Below, one piece after another: positions 19,968 to 30,824 of a stretch of DNA of 64,000 nucleotides. This stretch comes from an uncultured bacterium (GTDB lineage: Bacteria; Chloroflexota; UBA5177; JANWHV01). The DNA lies in NCBI GenBank assembly GCA_963827235.1, contig CAWHAE010000012.1, forward strand, positions 352,001 to 416,000. Reading direction: 5' to 3'. The translations under genes and the position numbers were made by a program. The notes under the pieces were generated by a model, which saw nothing but the letters and a program-made list of their open reading frames with translations, was not told where the DNA came from and searched no databases. The first letter of the stretch is position 1, and each line of letters starts with the position of its first letter.

Positions 19968-21608
19968 ATGGCAATACCTCGAGTGAGCCGGCTGCGGGCG
20001 ATGTGGGCGCCTTTGCATGTGATACGTCTGGACTTGCGGCAGCGGGTGCCACCGTTGCACACGGGGGCCTACCTGGTCGCGGCACTGCTGCTGATCGGGG
20101 CAGCCGTCCTCCTGATCCAGTTTGGCGATGTGCCGGGCGGTCTCAATCAAGACGAGGCGTCCATCGGCTACGACGCCTTTGCCCTGTTGCACTACGGTAT
20201 CGACCGCAACGGCGTGCACTTCCCCGTCTATCTCATCTCCTGGGGCAGCGGCCAGAATGCACTCTACGCCTACCTCTCAATGCCGGTGATCGCGCTGGCG
20301 GGCTTGACCGTGTGGTCAGTACGCTTCGTCAACCTCGTCGTCGGGCTCGCGTCGCTGCCGCTCTTCTTTCTGCTGGCCAGGCGAGCTTCCGATAGGCACA
20401 CCGCGGTATGGGCGCTGTTCCTGCTGGCGATATCGCCCTGGCACATCATGGCCTCGCGCTGGGCGCTCGAATCAAACCTGTTCCCACCCATCTTCCTGGC
20501 CGCCGTCGTGCTCATGGCCTACAGCCGGCAAGGCAACCGGCTCCTGGCGGCAAGCATGGTGCTGTTCGCCGTATCGCTCTACGCCTACGCGACGTCGTAC
20601 GTCGTCGTGCCGGTATTCCTGGCTTGCGCGCTGCCCTATCTCGTGATCTACAGGCATGCCCTGCCGAGACAGGTAGCCTGGGCCTGCGCCGCCTTCCTGC
20701 TCGTGTCCATCCCTATCGCTACGTTCCTCGCCGTGAACTATTACAGGCTGTCGCCGATCGACTCGCCGCTGCTCTCCATCCCCAGGCTTACCACGCCGCG
20801 CGTCGGCGACATAGCCCTGTTCGGCGGCAACGAGGTCGCGACCATCCAGAACGACGCGCGCAACTTCTTCGACCTCATGTGGACCCAGAACGACGGACTG
20901 GCGTGGAATTGCATTCCGCCCTACGGGTTTATCTATCCACTCAGCCTGCCGTTCGCGCTTGCCGGGCTGATTCGAGCCGTGCTGAAGCTCGGACGATGCC
21001 GGCGCTACGATCCCAAGAGCCTGATCGTATTCTGGCTCCTGTCCGCGGTTGTGTTTGGACTGATCGACGACGTCAACATCAACAGGATCAACATCATCTT
21101 TTTCCCGCTCATCTTCTTCACGGCAGAGGGCGTCTCACTCGCCTGCACGTACCTTCGGCGCCTGCACGTCTCGGTGCTGATCGCGGCCGCCTACTGCGTT
21201 GCCGCCTGCCTGTTCCTGCGGCAGTATTTCGTCTATTACCCGCCGGCAATCGGAGCCCAGTTCTTCGACTCCTTCGGCCAAGCCCTCGTTTACGCCGATC
21301 GGCTTCCCTCCAGAGAAGTAGCGGTAACGGACTCGGTGAACATGCCGTACATCTACGTGCTGTTCTACACGAGGACCAACCCCCATCAGTTCGTGCGAGA
21401 GGTCACATACGCCAATCCGGGTGATCCGTACCAGATCGTGCGCTCGTTCGGTAAGTATGTTTTCGGCCATCCAGAGGTCCGGCCCGCCCCGGGCGTGGTG
21501 TACGTCGTGCCGAACGGCGAACTGCCCACGGCTACCTTGCCTCGCGCCTCTGTCAGGAGCTTCACGCTCTACTCGGTGGTCTATTGGCCAGGCAGAACAG
21601 CCGGCTGA
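19968..21608 (+). CDS. GT-C fold membrane glycosyltransferase (ArnT/PMT-like)
   Basis: PGGLNQDEASIGYDA lumenal DE motif, SPWHIMASRWALESN and multiple TM helices. Start uncertain. Confidence 0.85.
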   Translation: MAIPRVSRLRAMWAPLHVIRLDLRQRVPPLHTGAYLVAALLLIGAAVLLIQFGDVPGGLNQDEASIGYDAFALLHYGIDRNGVHFPVYLISWGSGQNALYAYLSMPVIALAGLTVWSVRFVNLVVGLASLPLFFLLARRASDRHTAVWALFLLAISPWHIMASRWALESNLFPPIFLAAVVLMAYSRQGNRLLAASMVLFAVSLYAYATSYVVVPVFLACALPYLVIYRHALPRQVAWACAAFLLVSIPIATFLAVNYYRLSPIDSPLLSIPRLTTPRVGDIALFGGNEVATIQNDARNFFDLMWTQNDGLAWNCIPPYGFIYPLSLPFALAGLIRAVLKLGRCRRYDPKSLIVFWLLSAVVFGLIDDVNINRINIIFFPLIFFTAEGVSLACTYLRRLHVSVLIAAAYCVAACLFLRQYFVYYPPAIGAQFFDSFGQALVYADRLPSREVAVTDSVNMPYIYVLFYTRTNPHQFVREVTYANPGDPYQIVRSFGKYVFGHPEVRPAPGVVYVVPNGELPTATLPRASVRSFTLYSVVYWPGRTAG

Positions 21609-21755
21609 CTCGGGTCACCCGACGCGGTGCGGAACGTCGAGGTGACGCGGCTCCTCCGAGACAAGCCCGTGACCGCGGAACCCTGTGCGCCCGCTACACC
21701 GCCGCCTGCCGGCGCGCGGCCGTGCTGCCCGGGGACCGGTGCCTCGCCACCCCGC

Positions 21756-23186
21756 TCAACCGGGGCGGGCCGCGGCAGGAGTGGGAACGTCGGCCGCCAT
21801 CGTCAGCTCGAGAGGGCGAATGCTGCCGGCGCGCACGCACGAATGCTGTATGGTGTCCAACGCATGGCGATACGATAGGCCGGCAAGCGCGAAGGCGGCG
21901 AGATTGACGTACGCTGTCAGCGCCACTTCGCGCACTCCCAGCACCGGGCTGTACGGCGGGAACATGGCCGGATCGACGTAGTGCAGGTTCAACGTGTAGG
22001 ATGCGGCGAACCACAGATAGAATATCCAGAAGCGCGGCACCATCACTGCGGTTAACGCAAGCAGAGGCAAGGCTGGCAACATGTGCCGCTCATGCATCGA
22101 GGTCAAGAACAGGTAGAAGGCCAACGTGACGAGGCAGGACGCGGGAAGCAAGCCGGACTCGCCGCCGCGGGGCATCCGCTTGAGGTGCAGGCCGAGCACC
22201 ACGCAGACCGGCAGCACGACCGCGCTGAGCAGGATCCAGCCCCAGACAAGGCAGGAGACCCCAAGCGCCTTCGTGGACGTGGGCGCAACGGACATCACGT
22301 CTGTGTTGATGGAGCAGTAGGCCGTCCAGAAGTTGAACGCTTGTAGCGTGAGCACCGGGTAGCGACCCGACGTGTTCTGAAAGCCGAACCACGCGAACCG
22401 CAGCACGTTGCTGCCCGCCGGCACGAAGGGCAGAAAGACTAGCGTTCCGGTGACGAGCGAGACCACTGCAGCGCGCCCAAGGTCACGCACCCGCCCGGTA
22501 CACACGAGCGTGGTCGCCACCAGCGGCACGAGCACGAGGGCAGTCGGCTTTGTCACCATGGACAGTGTGAAGAATACGGCGGCCGGCATGGTCGAGCCCT
22601 CGATAAACAGGAACAGGGCAAGCACCAGGAGGCACGCCGGCACGCTGTCCATCTGCCCCCAGCGAGCGGAATTGCCCAGCACGCCCGGAATCAGTGCGTA
22701 CAGCACCGCCGCCAGCAGAGCCGGCCGAGCCCCGCCCAAGCGGCGGCCGCCAATGAAGATGATCTCGACGGTCACCACATCGGCAGCAATCGCCGGCAGC
22801 TTGTACAGCACCCGATCGGTCAGCAGCCACGAGCTGAAGCCGCCGGGAAGGTGCAGCAGCGCGGGAGCCAGCTTGCCCAACCCAAGCAGGACGTACAGAT
22901 ACCCCGGTAGATAGTCGGTGCCGCTGACGTGGTAGAAGGTGTGCAAATTGCCGGAGGCCAGCGTGCTGCTCCACCAGCTGAATGCCCAGAGATCCCAGGC
23001 GAACGTGCCTCCGGCAGCGCAGACAAGGCGCGGCACGAGGGTAATGAGCAGCAGCAGGCACACTGCCAGTCTGCGCGACGACGCCAGGCCGTCAAGCGGG
23101 CGTGCCGGCCATACGGCTGCTCGTGTCCAGCCAGCATCGAGCCGCGACGTGCGCCGAACGGCACTCGAGCTATCAAAGTGCTTCAC
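21756..23186 (-). CDS. GT-C fold membrane glycosyltransferase (mannosyltransferase-like)
   Basis: DYLPGYLY, KLPAIAAD, NSARWGQMDS, AFNFW and MHERH motifs typical of bacterial polyprenyl-phosphate-sugar GTs; polytopic. Confidence 0.8.
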   Translation of the reverse strand: MKHFDSSSAVRRTSRLDAGWTRAAVWPARPLDGLASSRRLAVCLLLLITLVPRLVCAAGGTFAWDLWAFSWWSSTLASGNLHTFYHVSGTDYLPGYLYVLLGLGKLAPALLHLPGGFSSWLLTDRVLYKLPAIAADVVTVEIIFIGGRRLGGARPALLAAVLYALIPGVLGNSARWGQMDSVPACLLVLALFLFIEGSTMPAAVFFTLSMVTKPTALVLVPLVATTLVCTGRVRDLGRAAVVSLVTGTLVFLPFVPAGSNVLRFAWFGFQNTSGRYPVLTLQAFNFWTAYCSINTDVMSVAPTSTKALGVSCLVWGWILLSAVVLPVCVVLGLHLKRMPRGGESGLLPASCLVTLAFYLFLTSMHERHMLPALPLLALTAVMVPRFWIFYLWFAASYTLNLHYVDPAMFPPYSPVLGVREVALTAYVNLAAFALAGLSYRHALDTIQHSCVRAGSIRPLELTMAADVPTPAAARPG

Positions 23187-23337
23187 AGCGCAATACTACG
23201 TGCAGAGCCCGCCCGGAGCAATCCACCAGTTCTCTGGTACCGGTAGGACCCGACTGTCCGCGCGCGGCCGCTTGCCGGTGACCGATCCCGGGCAGCCGGA
23301 AGCCGGGGTGCGGTGTGTGTGTCCCGGCCCGGGGGAT

Positions 23338-24033
23338 CTAGCCGGTCGCCTCCTCGTCGTCGGGCAGGATGCCGAGCAGGTAGCCGCTACCCCGTATGGT
23401 GTGCAGAAGCCGCGGCTGATACCCTTCGTCGACCTTTCGCCTGAGACGACGAATGTAGACGTCGATGATGTTCGACAGGCTGTCGAACTCGTCATCCCAC
23501 ACGTGCTCGCTGATCATCGTGCGGGTCAACACCTGGTCCGGATTGCGGATGAAGTACTCGAGCATCGCATACTCTTTGCTGGTGAGCTCGATCGGGCTTC
23601 CTGCCCGCCACACGCGGTGCGAGCTCGTATCCACGAGTAGATCGGCGAGCTGCAGCTTCGACGTCTTCACTGCGGTATCGCGACGCAGCAGGGCCCGGGC
23701 GCGGGCAAGCAGCTCGTCCATGAAGAACGGCTTGACCAGGTAGTCGTCGGCGCCGCTATCCAGTCCCTGCACGCGGTCTTCCAGCGAATCGCGCGCCGTA
23801 AGCATCAGGATCGGCGTGGTGACGCCCTGTTCCCGCAGTCCCTTGCAGAGCGTGAGGCCGTTCTTCTTCGGCAGCATGAGATCGAGCACGATCAGATCGT
23901 ACGTGTTGATCAGGGCCATTTCCTCGCCCTGCTCGCCGTCGAACGCCGCGTCGACTGCGTATGCTTCTTCGCGGAGAGCCTGGCAGACCGTCCGATTGAT
24001 TTTGTGCTCATCCTCGATTACCAGGACGCGCAT
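23338..24033 (-). CDS. OmpR/PhoB-family response regulator
   Basis: VLVIEDE, LIVLDLMLP, LTARD, GADDYLVKPF and wHTH (DVYIRRLR, TIRGSGY). GAGGAGG RBS before ATG 24033. Confidence 0.93.
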   Translation of the reverse strand: MRVLVIEDEHKINRTVCQALREEAYAVDAAFDGEQGEEMALINTYDLIVLDLMLPKKNGLTLCKGLREQGVTTPILMLTARDSLEDRVQGLDSGADDYLVKPFFMDELLARARALLRRDTAVKTSKLQLADLLVDTSSHRVWRAGSPIELTSKEYAMLEYFIRNPDQVLTRTMISEHVWDDEFDSLSNIIDVYIRRLRRKVDEGYQPRLLHTIRGSGYLLGILPDDEEATG

Positions 24034-24046
24034 ACCGCGCACCTCC

Positions 24047-26104
24047 TCATGCTTCGCCCAGATACTCCTTGATGGCCAGCGCCGTCTTCGGCCCGATGCC
24101 GGGCAGACGCGCTATGTCGTCCAGCTCCGCGGCACGAAGTGCCTTCACGCTGCCAAAATGCCGGATCAGGTCGCGCTTCCTTCGCGGCCCCACGCCGGGC
24201 ACACTGTCGAGACTGGATTCGAGGCTCCGTTTGCCTCGCAGCGCACGATGGTACGTTATCGCAAACCGGTGTGCCTCGTCTCGCACGCGCTGGACCAGGA
24301 AGAGCGCCTGCGACGACGGCGGCAGGAGCACCGGATCCGGCTTGCCCGGCAGGAACAGCTCCTCCCGCTGCTTGGCCAGGCCGACGACGGGCTGGTCTAC
24401 GATGCCGAGCTCGGCAAACACGCCCAGCACGGCGTTGAGCTGCCCTTTACCGCCGTCGATAATCATCAGGTCCGGCCGCCGTGCCCACTCGCTGTCGGCC
24501 GCCGCCGGCACCTCCTCGCCGGCCGCGGTCACGGCCGCCTCCTCATCGCGCTCCGGCCCCGGGTGCTCCGCCTTGTCAGCTCGCTTCAGTCGCCGCCGCA
24601 GCATTTCCGCCAGGCTGGAGAAGTCGTCCGCTCCTTCGACCGTCTTGATGCGGAAGCGGCGATAGGCGGCGCTCTTGGGCTTTCCGTTCTCGAAGACGAC
24701 CATCGAGCCGACCGTCGAGGTGCCCTGAATGTTGGAGATATCGTAGCACTCGATCCGGATCGGCAAGCGCGGCAGGGTGAGAGCTGCCTGAAGCTCGTCG
24801 AGCGCCTGCAGGGCCTTGCGGGCATCGGTCAGGGCCCTGAGCTTGCGATCCTCGGCTGCCTTGCGCGCGTTCTCCTGCGCTACGGCCACGAGATCCACCT
24901 TGTCGCCGCGCCGCGGCACTGTTACCAACACCTTTCGGCCCCGCTGGCTGGTCAGAAGGCCCGCGAGCTGGTCGAGATCGTCGGGTTCCGCCGGCAGCAG
25001 CAGCTCCTCCGGGAGCTCCGTTGCCGCGAGATAGTATTGGCCGATGAACGCAGCGAGGACCGCGCCGTCTTCCTGGTCGGCCGTGCCCTGCATGACGAAC
25101 TGCTTGTGCCCCAACATGCGGCCCTGGCGAACGGCGATGAGCTCGACGCAGGCCTCGTCCTCCGCGCGCGCCATGCCCACGATGTCCTGGTCGTGGCCGT
25201 CGTGCACGGTGACCCGCTGGCGCTCGGTGACGCGCTGCACGGCCTCTAGTTGGTCGCGCAGGCGCGCCGCGCGCTCGAAGTCGAGCGCCTCGGCAGCCTC
25301 ATTCATTGCATCCTTCAGCTGGGATGCGACCTGCTCGCTCTTGCCCTGCAGGAAGAGCTCAGCCTGATCGATGATCTTGGCGTAATCGCTCCCGCTTACG
25401 GCGTCGGTGCAGGGAGCCGTGCAGCGATGGATGTGATACTCCAGGCAAGCGCGATTCTGAGGCCCGGCGATGGTCAGCGCGCGCACCTGGGGTGGGCCGT
25501 TCTCTGCCATGACTCGGCGTCTGCCGCGGCGACGGAGCGTGGGATCGGGCGGCGCGATGGGCTGTGCCCCGTCCGACGACTGCGGTGGCTGGATGTTGAG
25601 CCGGCATGAGCGGTAGGGAAACAGCCGTTTCAACAGATCCAGGGTCGTGTGCACGGACTGGGCGCTCGTGTACGGGCCGAAATAGCGCGAGCCATCATCC
25701 GACCTGTGCCGCACCGCCTCGATTCTCGGGTACGGTTCGTTGGTGATGCGGATGGACAGGAAGCTCTTGTCGTCGCGCATGATGATGTTGTATTTCGGCC
25801 GGTACTGCTTGATCAGGTTGAATTCCACGAGCAGGGCCGCGTTCTCGCTGGGCAAGATCTGGTAGTCGATCTCGGCGATACGCGGCACGAGGTGCGAATT
25901 CTTCAAGCTCAAACCGTGCGGAGACCGGAAATACGAGCGCACGCGATCGCGCAGCGAGCGGGCCTTGCCCACGTACAGCACCGTGCCCTGGTCATCTCTG
26001 AACAGGTAGCACCCCGGTTGGGCCGGCAGCTTGGCCAGCGTGTCTTCCACTGCCGCCGGATAGCGGCCTTGATGGCTCCCCGTCTCCCCGTCGTTGTCGC
26101 TCAT
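24047..26104 (-). CDS. uvrC: Excinuclease ABC subunit C
   Basis: GIY-YIG domain (PGCYLF..LYVGKA..LRDRVRSYF), UVR domain (LDFERAARLRD), RIECYDIS, IDGGKGQL, RDEAHRFAI and HhH2. Confidence 0.97.
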   Translation of the reverse strand: MSDNDGETGSHQGRYPAAVEDTLAKLPAQPGCYLFRDDQGTVLYVGKARSLRDRVRSYFRSPHGLSLKNSHLVPRIAEIDYQILPSENAALLVEFNLIKQYRPKYNIIMRDDKSFLSIRITNEPYPRIEAVRHRSDDGSRYFGPYTSAQSVHTTLDLLKRLFPYRSCRLNIQPPQSSDGAQPIAPPDPTLRRRGRRRVMAENGPPQVRALTIAGPQNRACLEYHIHRCTAPCTDAVSGSDYAKIIDQAELFLQGKSEQVASQLKDAMNEAAEALDFERAARLRDQLEAVQRVTERQRVTVHDGHDQDIVGMARAEDEACVELIAVRQGRMLGHKQFVMQGTADQEDGAVLAAFIGQYYLAATELPEELLLPAEPDDLDQLAGLLTSQRGRKVLVTVPRRGDKVDLVAVAQENARKAAEDRKLRALTDARKALQALDELQAALTLPRLPIRIECYDISNIQGTSTVGSMVVFENGKPKSAAYRRFRIKTVEGADDFSSLAEMLRRRLKRADKAEHPGPERDEEAAVTAAGEEVPAAADSEWARRPDLMIIDGGKGQLNAVLGVFAELGIVDQPVVGLAKQREELFLPGKPDPVLLPPSSQALFLVQRVRDEAHRFAITYHRALRGKRSLESSLDSVPGVGPRRKRDLIRHFGSVKALRAAELDDIARLPGIGPKTALAIKEYLGEA

Positions 26105-26537
26105 ACGTCCGTCAAATCATCGCACATGAATCATCCCGCTTCCGGGCATTGGGCCGACATGACATAACGCCCGGGTGTGCTTACTATGATTATGCAGGTG
26201 CCCGGACTACCGTACTACACAACCTCCCGGTCGGACCGTGCTTGCGGTCCGCGATCCAGGGCTTGTCCCCGGCACTCCCGGGGCCACGGCCGCCTCGACT
26301 GCCTCCGCTCGTGCCGAGCATGCCTCGCGTCGCCGCGCTACCGGGACACCGGTGCCTCATGGTGCGGTACACCGTCCAGGCGAGCACGGAGGCGCCCGGC
26401 ACCGTCCAGAGTCGTAGCCCTGTGCCTGCCGGTGGGAGGGCGATCCGCGTTCGCGCGCCCGGCCGCACGCGCACAGATCCGGCCCGCTCCCACCAGCCCG
26501 GCAAGAAACCCACTGTACCGCCGGCACCGTGCGCGGT

Positions 26538-27305
26538 TTACCAGAGCGTGTAGCCGCCGTCGATCACGAGCACCGAGCCGGTCATGAACTTCGAGGCGTC
26601 GGACGCTAGGTAAACCAGCGTCGGCCCGAGCTCCTCCGGGTAGCCGTAGCGCAGCATCGCCGCGTCCTCGATCCAGTATCGGTGGTACTGCGGATCGTCG
26701 ACTGGAGACATCAAGGTCTTGATGTAACCCGGTGCGATCGCGTTGACCCGCACGTTGAACGGCGCCCACTCGGCGGCGAGCGACCGCGTCAGGTGATGGA
26801 CTGCCGCCTTCGAGGCATTGTAGCCCGGCTGCATCTGCGGGCGGTTGACGATGACGGCGGATATGGAGCCGATGTTGATGATCACCCCCGTCTTCCGCTC
26901 CACCATCTGGCGGCCCACCGCCTGCGCGCAATGCCACACGCCGTTGACGTTCACGTCCATCACACTCTGCCACTCCTCTGGAGTGACCTCGAGCGCCGGC
27001 CGGTGGTAACAGACCCCGGCGTTGTTGACCAGGATATCGATGGGCCCGAGCCGATCGGTCACCTGCGACACCATCCCGGCGACTTCGTCGGGCTTGGTCA
27101 CGTCGACTTCGAACGCGGCCGCCTTGCCGCCCGCACCTTCGATGTCGCGCGCCACGGCGTCGCTCTTGGCACGGGTCCTCGCGGCGATGGCCACCCGCGC
27201 GCCTGCTTCGGACAGGGCGTGGGCGAACGCTTCGCCAAGCCCCATGTTTCCCCCGGTTACCACTGCAACCTTGCCGCTGAGATCAAAGGCCTGCAATACG
27301 CCCAC
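26538..27305 (-). CDS. Short-chain dehydrogenase/reductase (polyol/sorbose reductase-like)
   Basis: VTGGNMGLG, NNAG, YNASK (YxxxK), VNAIAPGY and DGGY. GTG start after GGAGG. Confidence 0.9.
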   Translation of the reverse strand: MGVLQAFDLSGKVAVVTGGNMGLGEAFAHALSEAGARVAIAARTRAKSDAVARDIEGAGGKAAAFEVDVTKPDEVAGMVSQVTDRLGPIDILVNNAGVCYHRPALEVTPEEWQSVMDVNVNGVWHCAQAVGRQMVERKTGVIINIGSISAVIVNRPQMQPGYNASKAAVHHLTRSLAAEWAPFNVRVNAIAPGYIKTLMSPVDDPQYHRYWIEDAAMLRYGYPEELGPTLVYLASDASKFMTGSVLVIDGGYTLW

Positions 27306-27504
27306 GATACCTCTCCCTCCAGGTTGAGCCACGACTACGGCCATCAAGGACCCAGGGCGACGTTCTCGCGTGTGGGCCGCCGGCAGGCGGCTCATAGCCA
27401 GAATCGGTGTCGCCGCGGATAATCTGATTGTAAGCAGTCGGTATACCCAGTAGCAGGCTGCGATGGGGCAGCCGGTCCGGAAATCGGACGAGAGATTGGC
27501 GCAG

Positions 27505-28761
27505 ATGACACAGTCAGAGAAGCCGAACCCATTTGCCATTGCGCGCGAGCAGTTCTTCGCGGCCGCGGATCTGCTCCACCTGAACGATGGTTACCGGCAG
27601 ATGCTGAGCGACTGCCACCGCGAGCTCACCGTCCACTTTCCCGTGCACATGGACGACGGCAGCGTTCGCGTGTTCACCGGCTACCGCGTGCAGCACGATG
27701 TCACACGAGGGCCTGCGAAAGGGGGTATCCGGTTTCATGCCGACGTCACTCTCGACGAGGTGAAAGCGCTGGCCATGTGGATGACCTGGAAGTGCGCCGT
27801 GGCAGACATCCCGTTCGGCGGGGCCAAGGGCGGAGTCATCTGCACGCCGCAAGAGCTCAGCGCGCGGGAGCTCGAGCGGCTGACCCGGCGCTTTACGACC
27901 GAGATCTCCGTCATCATCGGCCCCCAGATGGACATCCCGGCGCCTGATGTCAACACGAACTCCCAGGTCATGGGCTGGGTGATGGATACGATCAGCATGC
28001 AGACCGGTTACGCGGTGCCGCCCGTGGTCACCGGGAAGCCGCTCTCCATCGGCGGCTCCGAGGGCCGCAGCGAGGCGACCGGTCGCGGCGTGATGATCGT
28101 GACCACCGAGGCTCTGCGCCACGCCGGCATCGCGCCATCCGAGGCCACCGTGGTCGTTCAGGGCTTCGGCAACGTCGGCTCGAACGCTGCGCTCTGCCTC
28201 GCGGAAGCGGGCTGCAAGATCGTGGCGATCAGCGACGTGCGCGGCGGTGTTTACAATCCGGCCGGCATCGACCTCGCCGCGGCCACCGCGCATATGGCAG
28301 GGGAGCGCACGATCGTGAACATGCCGGGCGTCGAGCGGGTCTCCAATGCCGAGCTGCTGACCCTGCCTTGCACGGTGCTCGTGCCGGCCGCCCTCGAGAA
28401 CCAGATCACGTCAGCCAATGCGGACAAGATCGGCGCCAGGATCGTGACCGAGGGCGCCAACGGTCCCACCACGCCCGAAGCCGACCGCATCCTCAGGGAG
28501 AGGGGAATCCTTCTCATTCCCGACATTCTCGCCAACGCGGGCGGAGTAACGGTCTCCTACTTCGAATGGGTGCAGGGCCTGCAGTCCTTTCTCTGGAAAG
28601 AGCGTGAGGTCAACGAGAAGCTGCGCACCGTGATGGTGCGCGCCTTTGACGAGGTGCGAGCCAAAGCGAGCGAGGCCGGTACGGATATGCGCATGGGCGC
28701 TTACGTCCTGGCGGTAGCGCGCGTCGTGCAGGCACTGGAGGCGCGGGGTATCTACCCCTGA
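27505..28761 (+). CDS. gdhA: Glu/Leu/Phe/Val dehydrogenase, glutamate dehydrogenase type
   Basis: GPAKGGIRF, GGAKGG, DIPAPDV, GRSEATGRG, QGFGNVG, EGANGP and NAGGVTVSYFEW. Confidence 0.93.
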   Translation: MTQSEKPNPFAIAREQFFAAADLLHLNDGYRQMLSDCHRELTVHFPVHMDDGSVRVFTGYRVQHDVTRGPAKGGIRFHADVTLDEVKALAMWMTWKCAVADIPFGGAKGGVICTPQELSARELERLTRRFTTEISVIIGPQMDIPAPDVNTNSQVMGWVMDTISMQTGYAVPPVVTGKPLSIGGSEGRSEATGRGVMIVTTEALRHAGIAPSEATVVVQGFGNVGSNAALCLAEAGCKIVAISDVRGGVYNPAGIDLAAATAHMAGERTIVNMPGVERVSNAELLTLPCTVLVPAALENQITSANADKIGARIVTEGANGPTTPEADRILRERGILLIPDILANAGGVTVSYFEWVQGLQSFLWKEREVNEKLRTVMVRAFDEVRAKASEAGTDMRMGAYVLAVARVVQALEARGIYP

Positions 28762-28881
28762 GATCCTTGTAGTCAAGCCGAGGTGGAGCCTGCATGGGCG
28801 GAGTGAGCTCCGCGCTTGGTGGGCCTTGAGGCCCCACGACGAATCGTGAGGCATCGTATCCGCGCGCTGCCAATCTGGTTC

Positions 28882-29003
28882 CCCGGCTGGCTTACGGCTA
28901 TAGCTCTTCAGGTAAACAACCCCACACCTGTGGGGAATTCTACTCTGGTGCTGCCAGTCCGAAACTCGGAATCATTATCTGACGACCTATAGACGTCGCC
29001 GGG
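28882..29003. ncRNA. Unassigned structured element (candidate ncRNA): long closing stem plus three internal hairpins
   Basis: Pairings cccggc/gccggg, acg/cgt, ctatag/ctatag and tcaggtaa/ttatctga (one G-U on the + strand) enclose hairpins ccccaca/tgtgggg, ctgg/ccag and tccga/tcgga. 49% GC over 28891-28990. No family recognised. Confidence 0.4.
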
Positions 29004-29046
29004 CGGCTGCGGGTGAGGTCTGGCGCGTCAGACGCCCGCAGCCGCC
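29002..29046. terminator. Long hairpin downstream of metY, between convergent genes
   Basis: ggcggctgcgggtg...cgcccgcagccgcc with inner tctggcgcgtcaga. Confidence 0.65.
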
Positions 29047-29089
29047 GTGGTTGTGTCAGTCCGGCCGTGCCGGATCTGCAGCCTGGTTG

Positions 29090-30535
<1,446 letters not shown>

Positions 30536-30824
30536 TCATAAAGTCTATCGATTTGGCGACATTGCGTAGGAGCGTGCCGGACCGTGCACCGGTTCGCTCC
30601 GGCCCTGCGCGTACTCAGTCCTGTCCGACCCTGGTCCGACTGCAGTGGTCGCCTGGGCACCTGCCCGCGTTCAGGGCTTGCCAGGATGCCTCGTAGGGAC
30701 GGTAGACCGGAAACCGCTGTGCCCGCCGGCCCGGTGGGCGCCCCGGCACGTATTCCTATCTATCGGCATACCGGCCCAGACTGTACGCTTGCTGTGGTGT
30801 GAGAGTTGAACGTCGGAGGCGGCA

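Noticed and set aside
28910-28940. aggtaaacaaccccacacctgtggggaattc resembles a type I-E CRISPR repeat or an IS200/IS605 end hairpin
   Set aside because: Single copy, no spacers, and no cas, tnpA or tnpB gene in the window. Treated as part of the structured element.
28900-28995. CTGAnGA on both strands plus GAAA, suggesting hammerhead ribozymes
   Set aside because: Stems I-III and the GAAA/NUH geometry cannot be formed on either strand.
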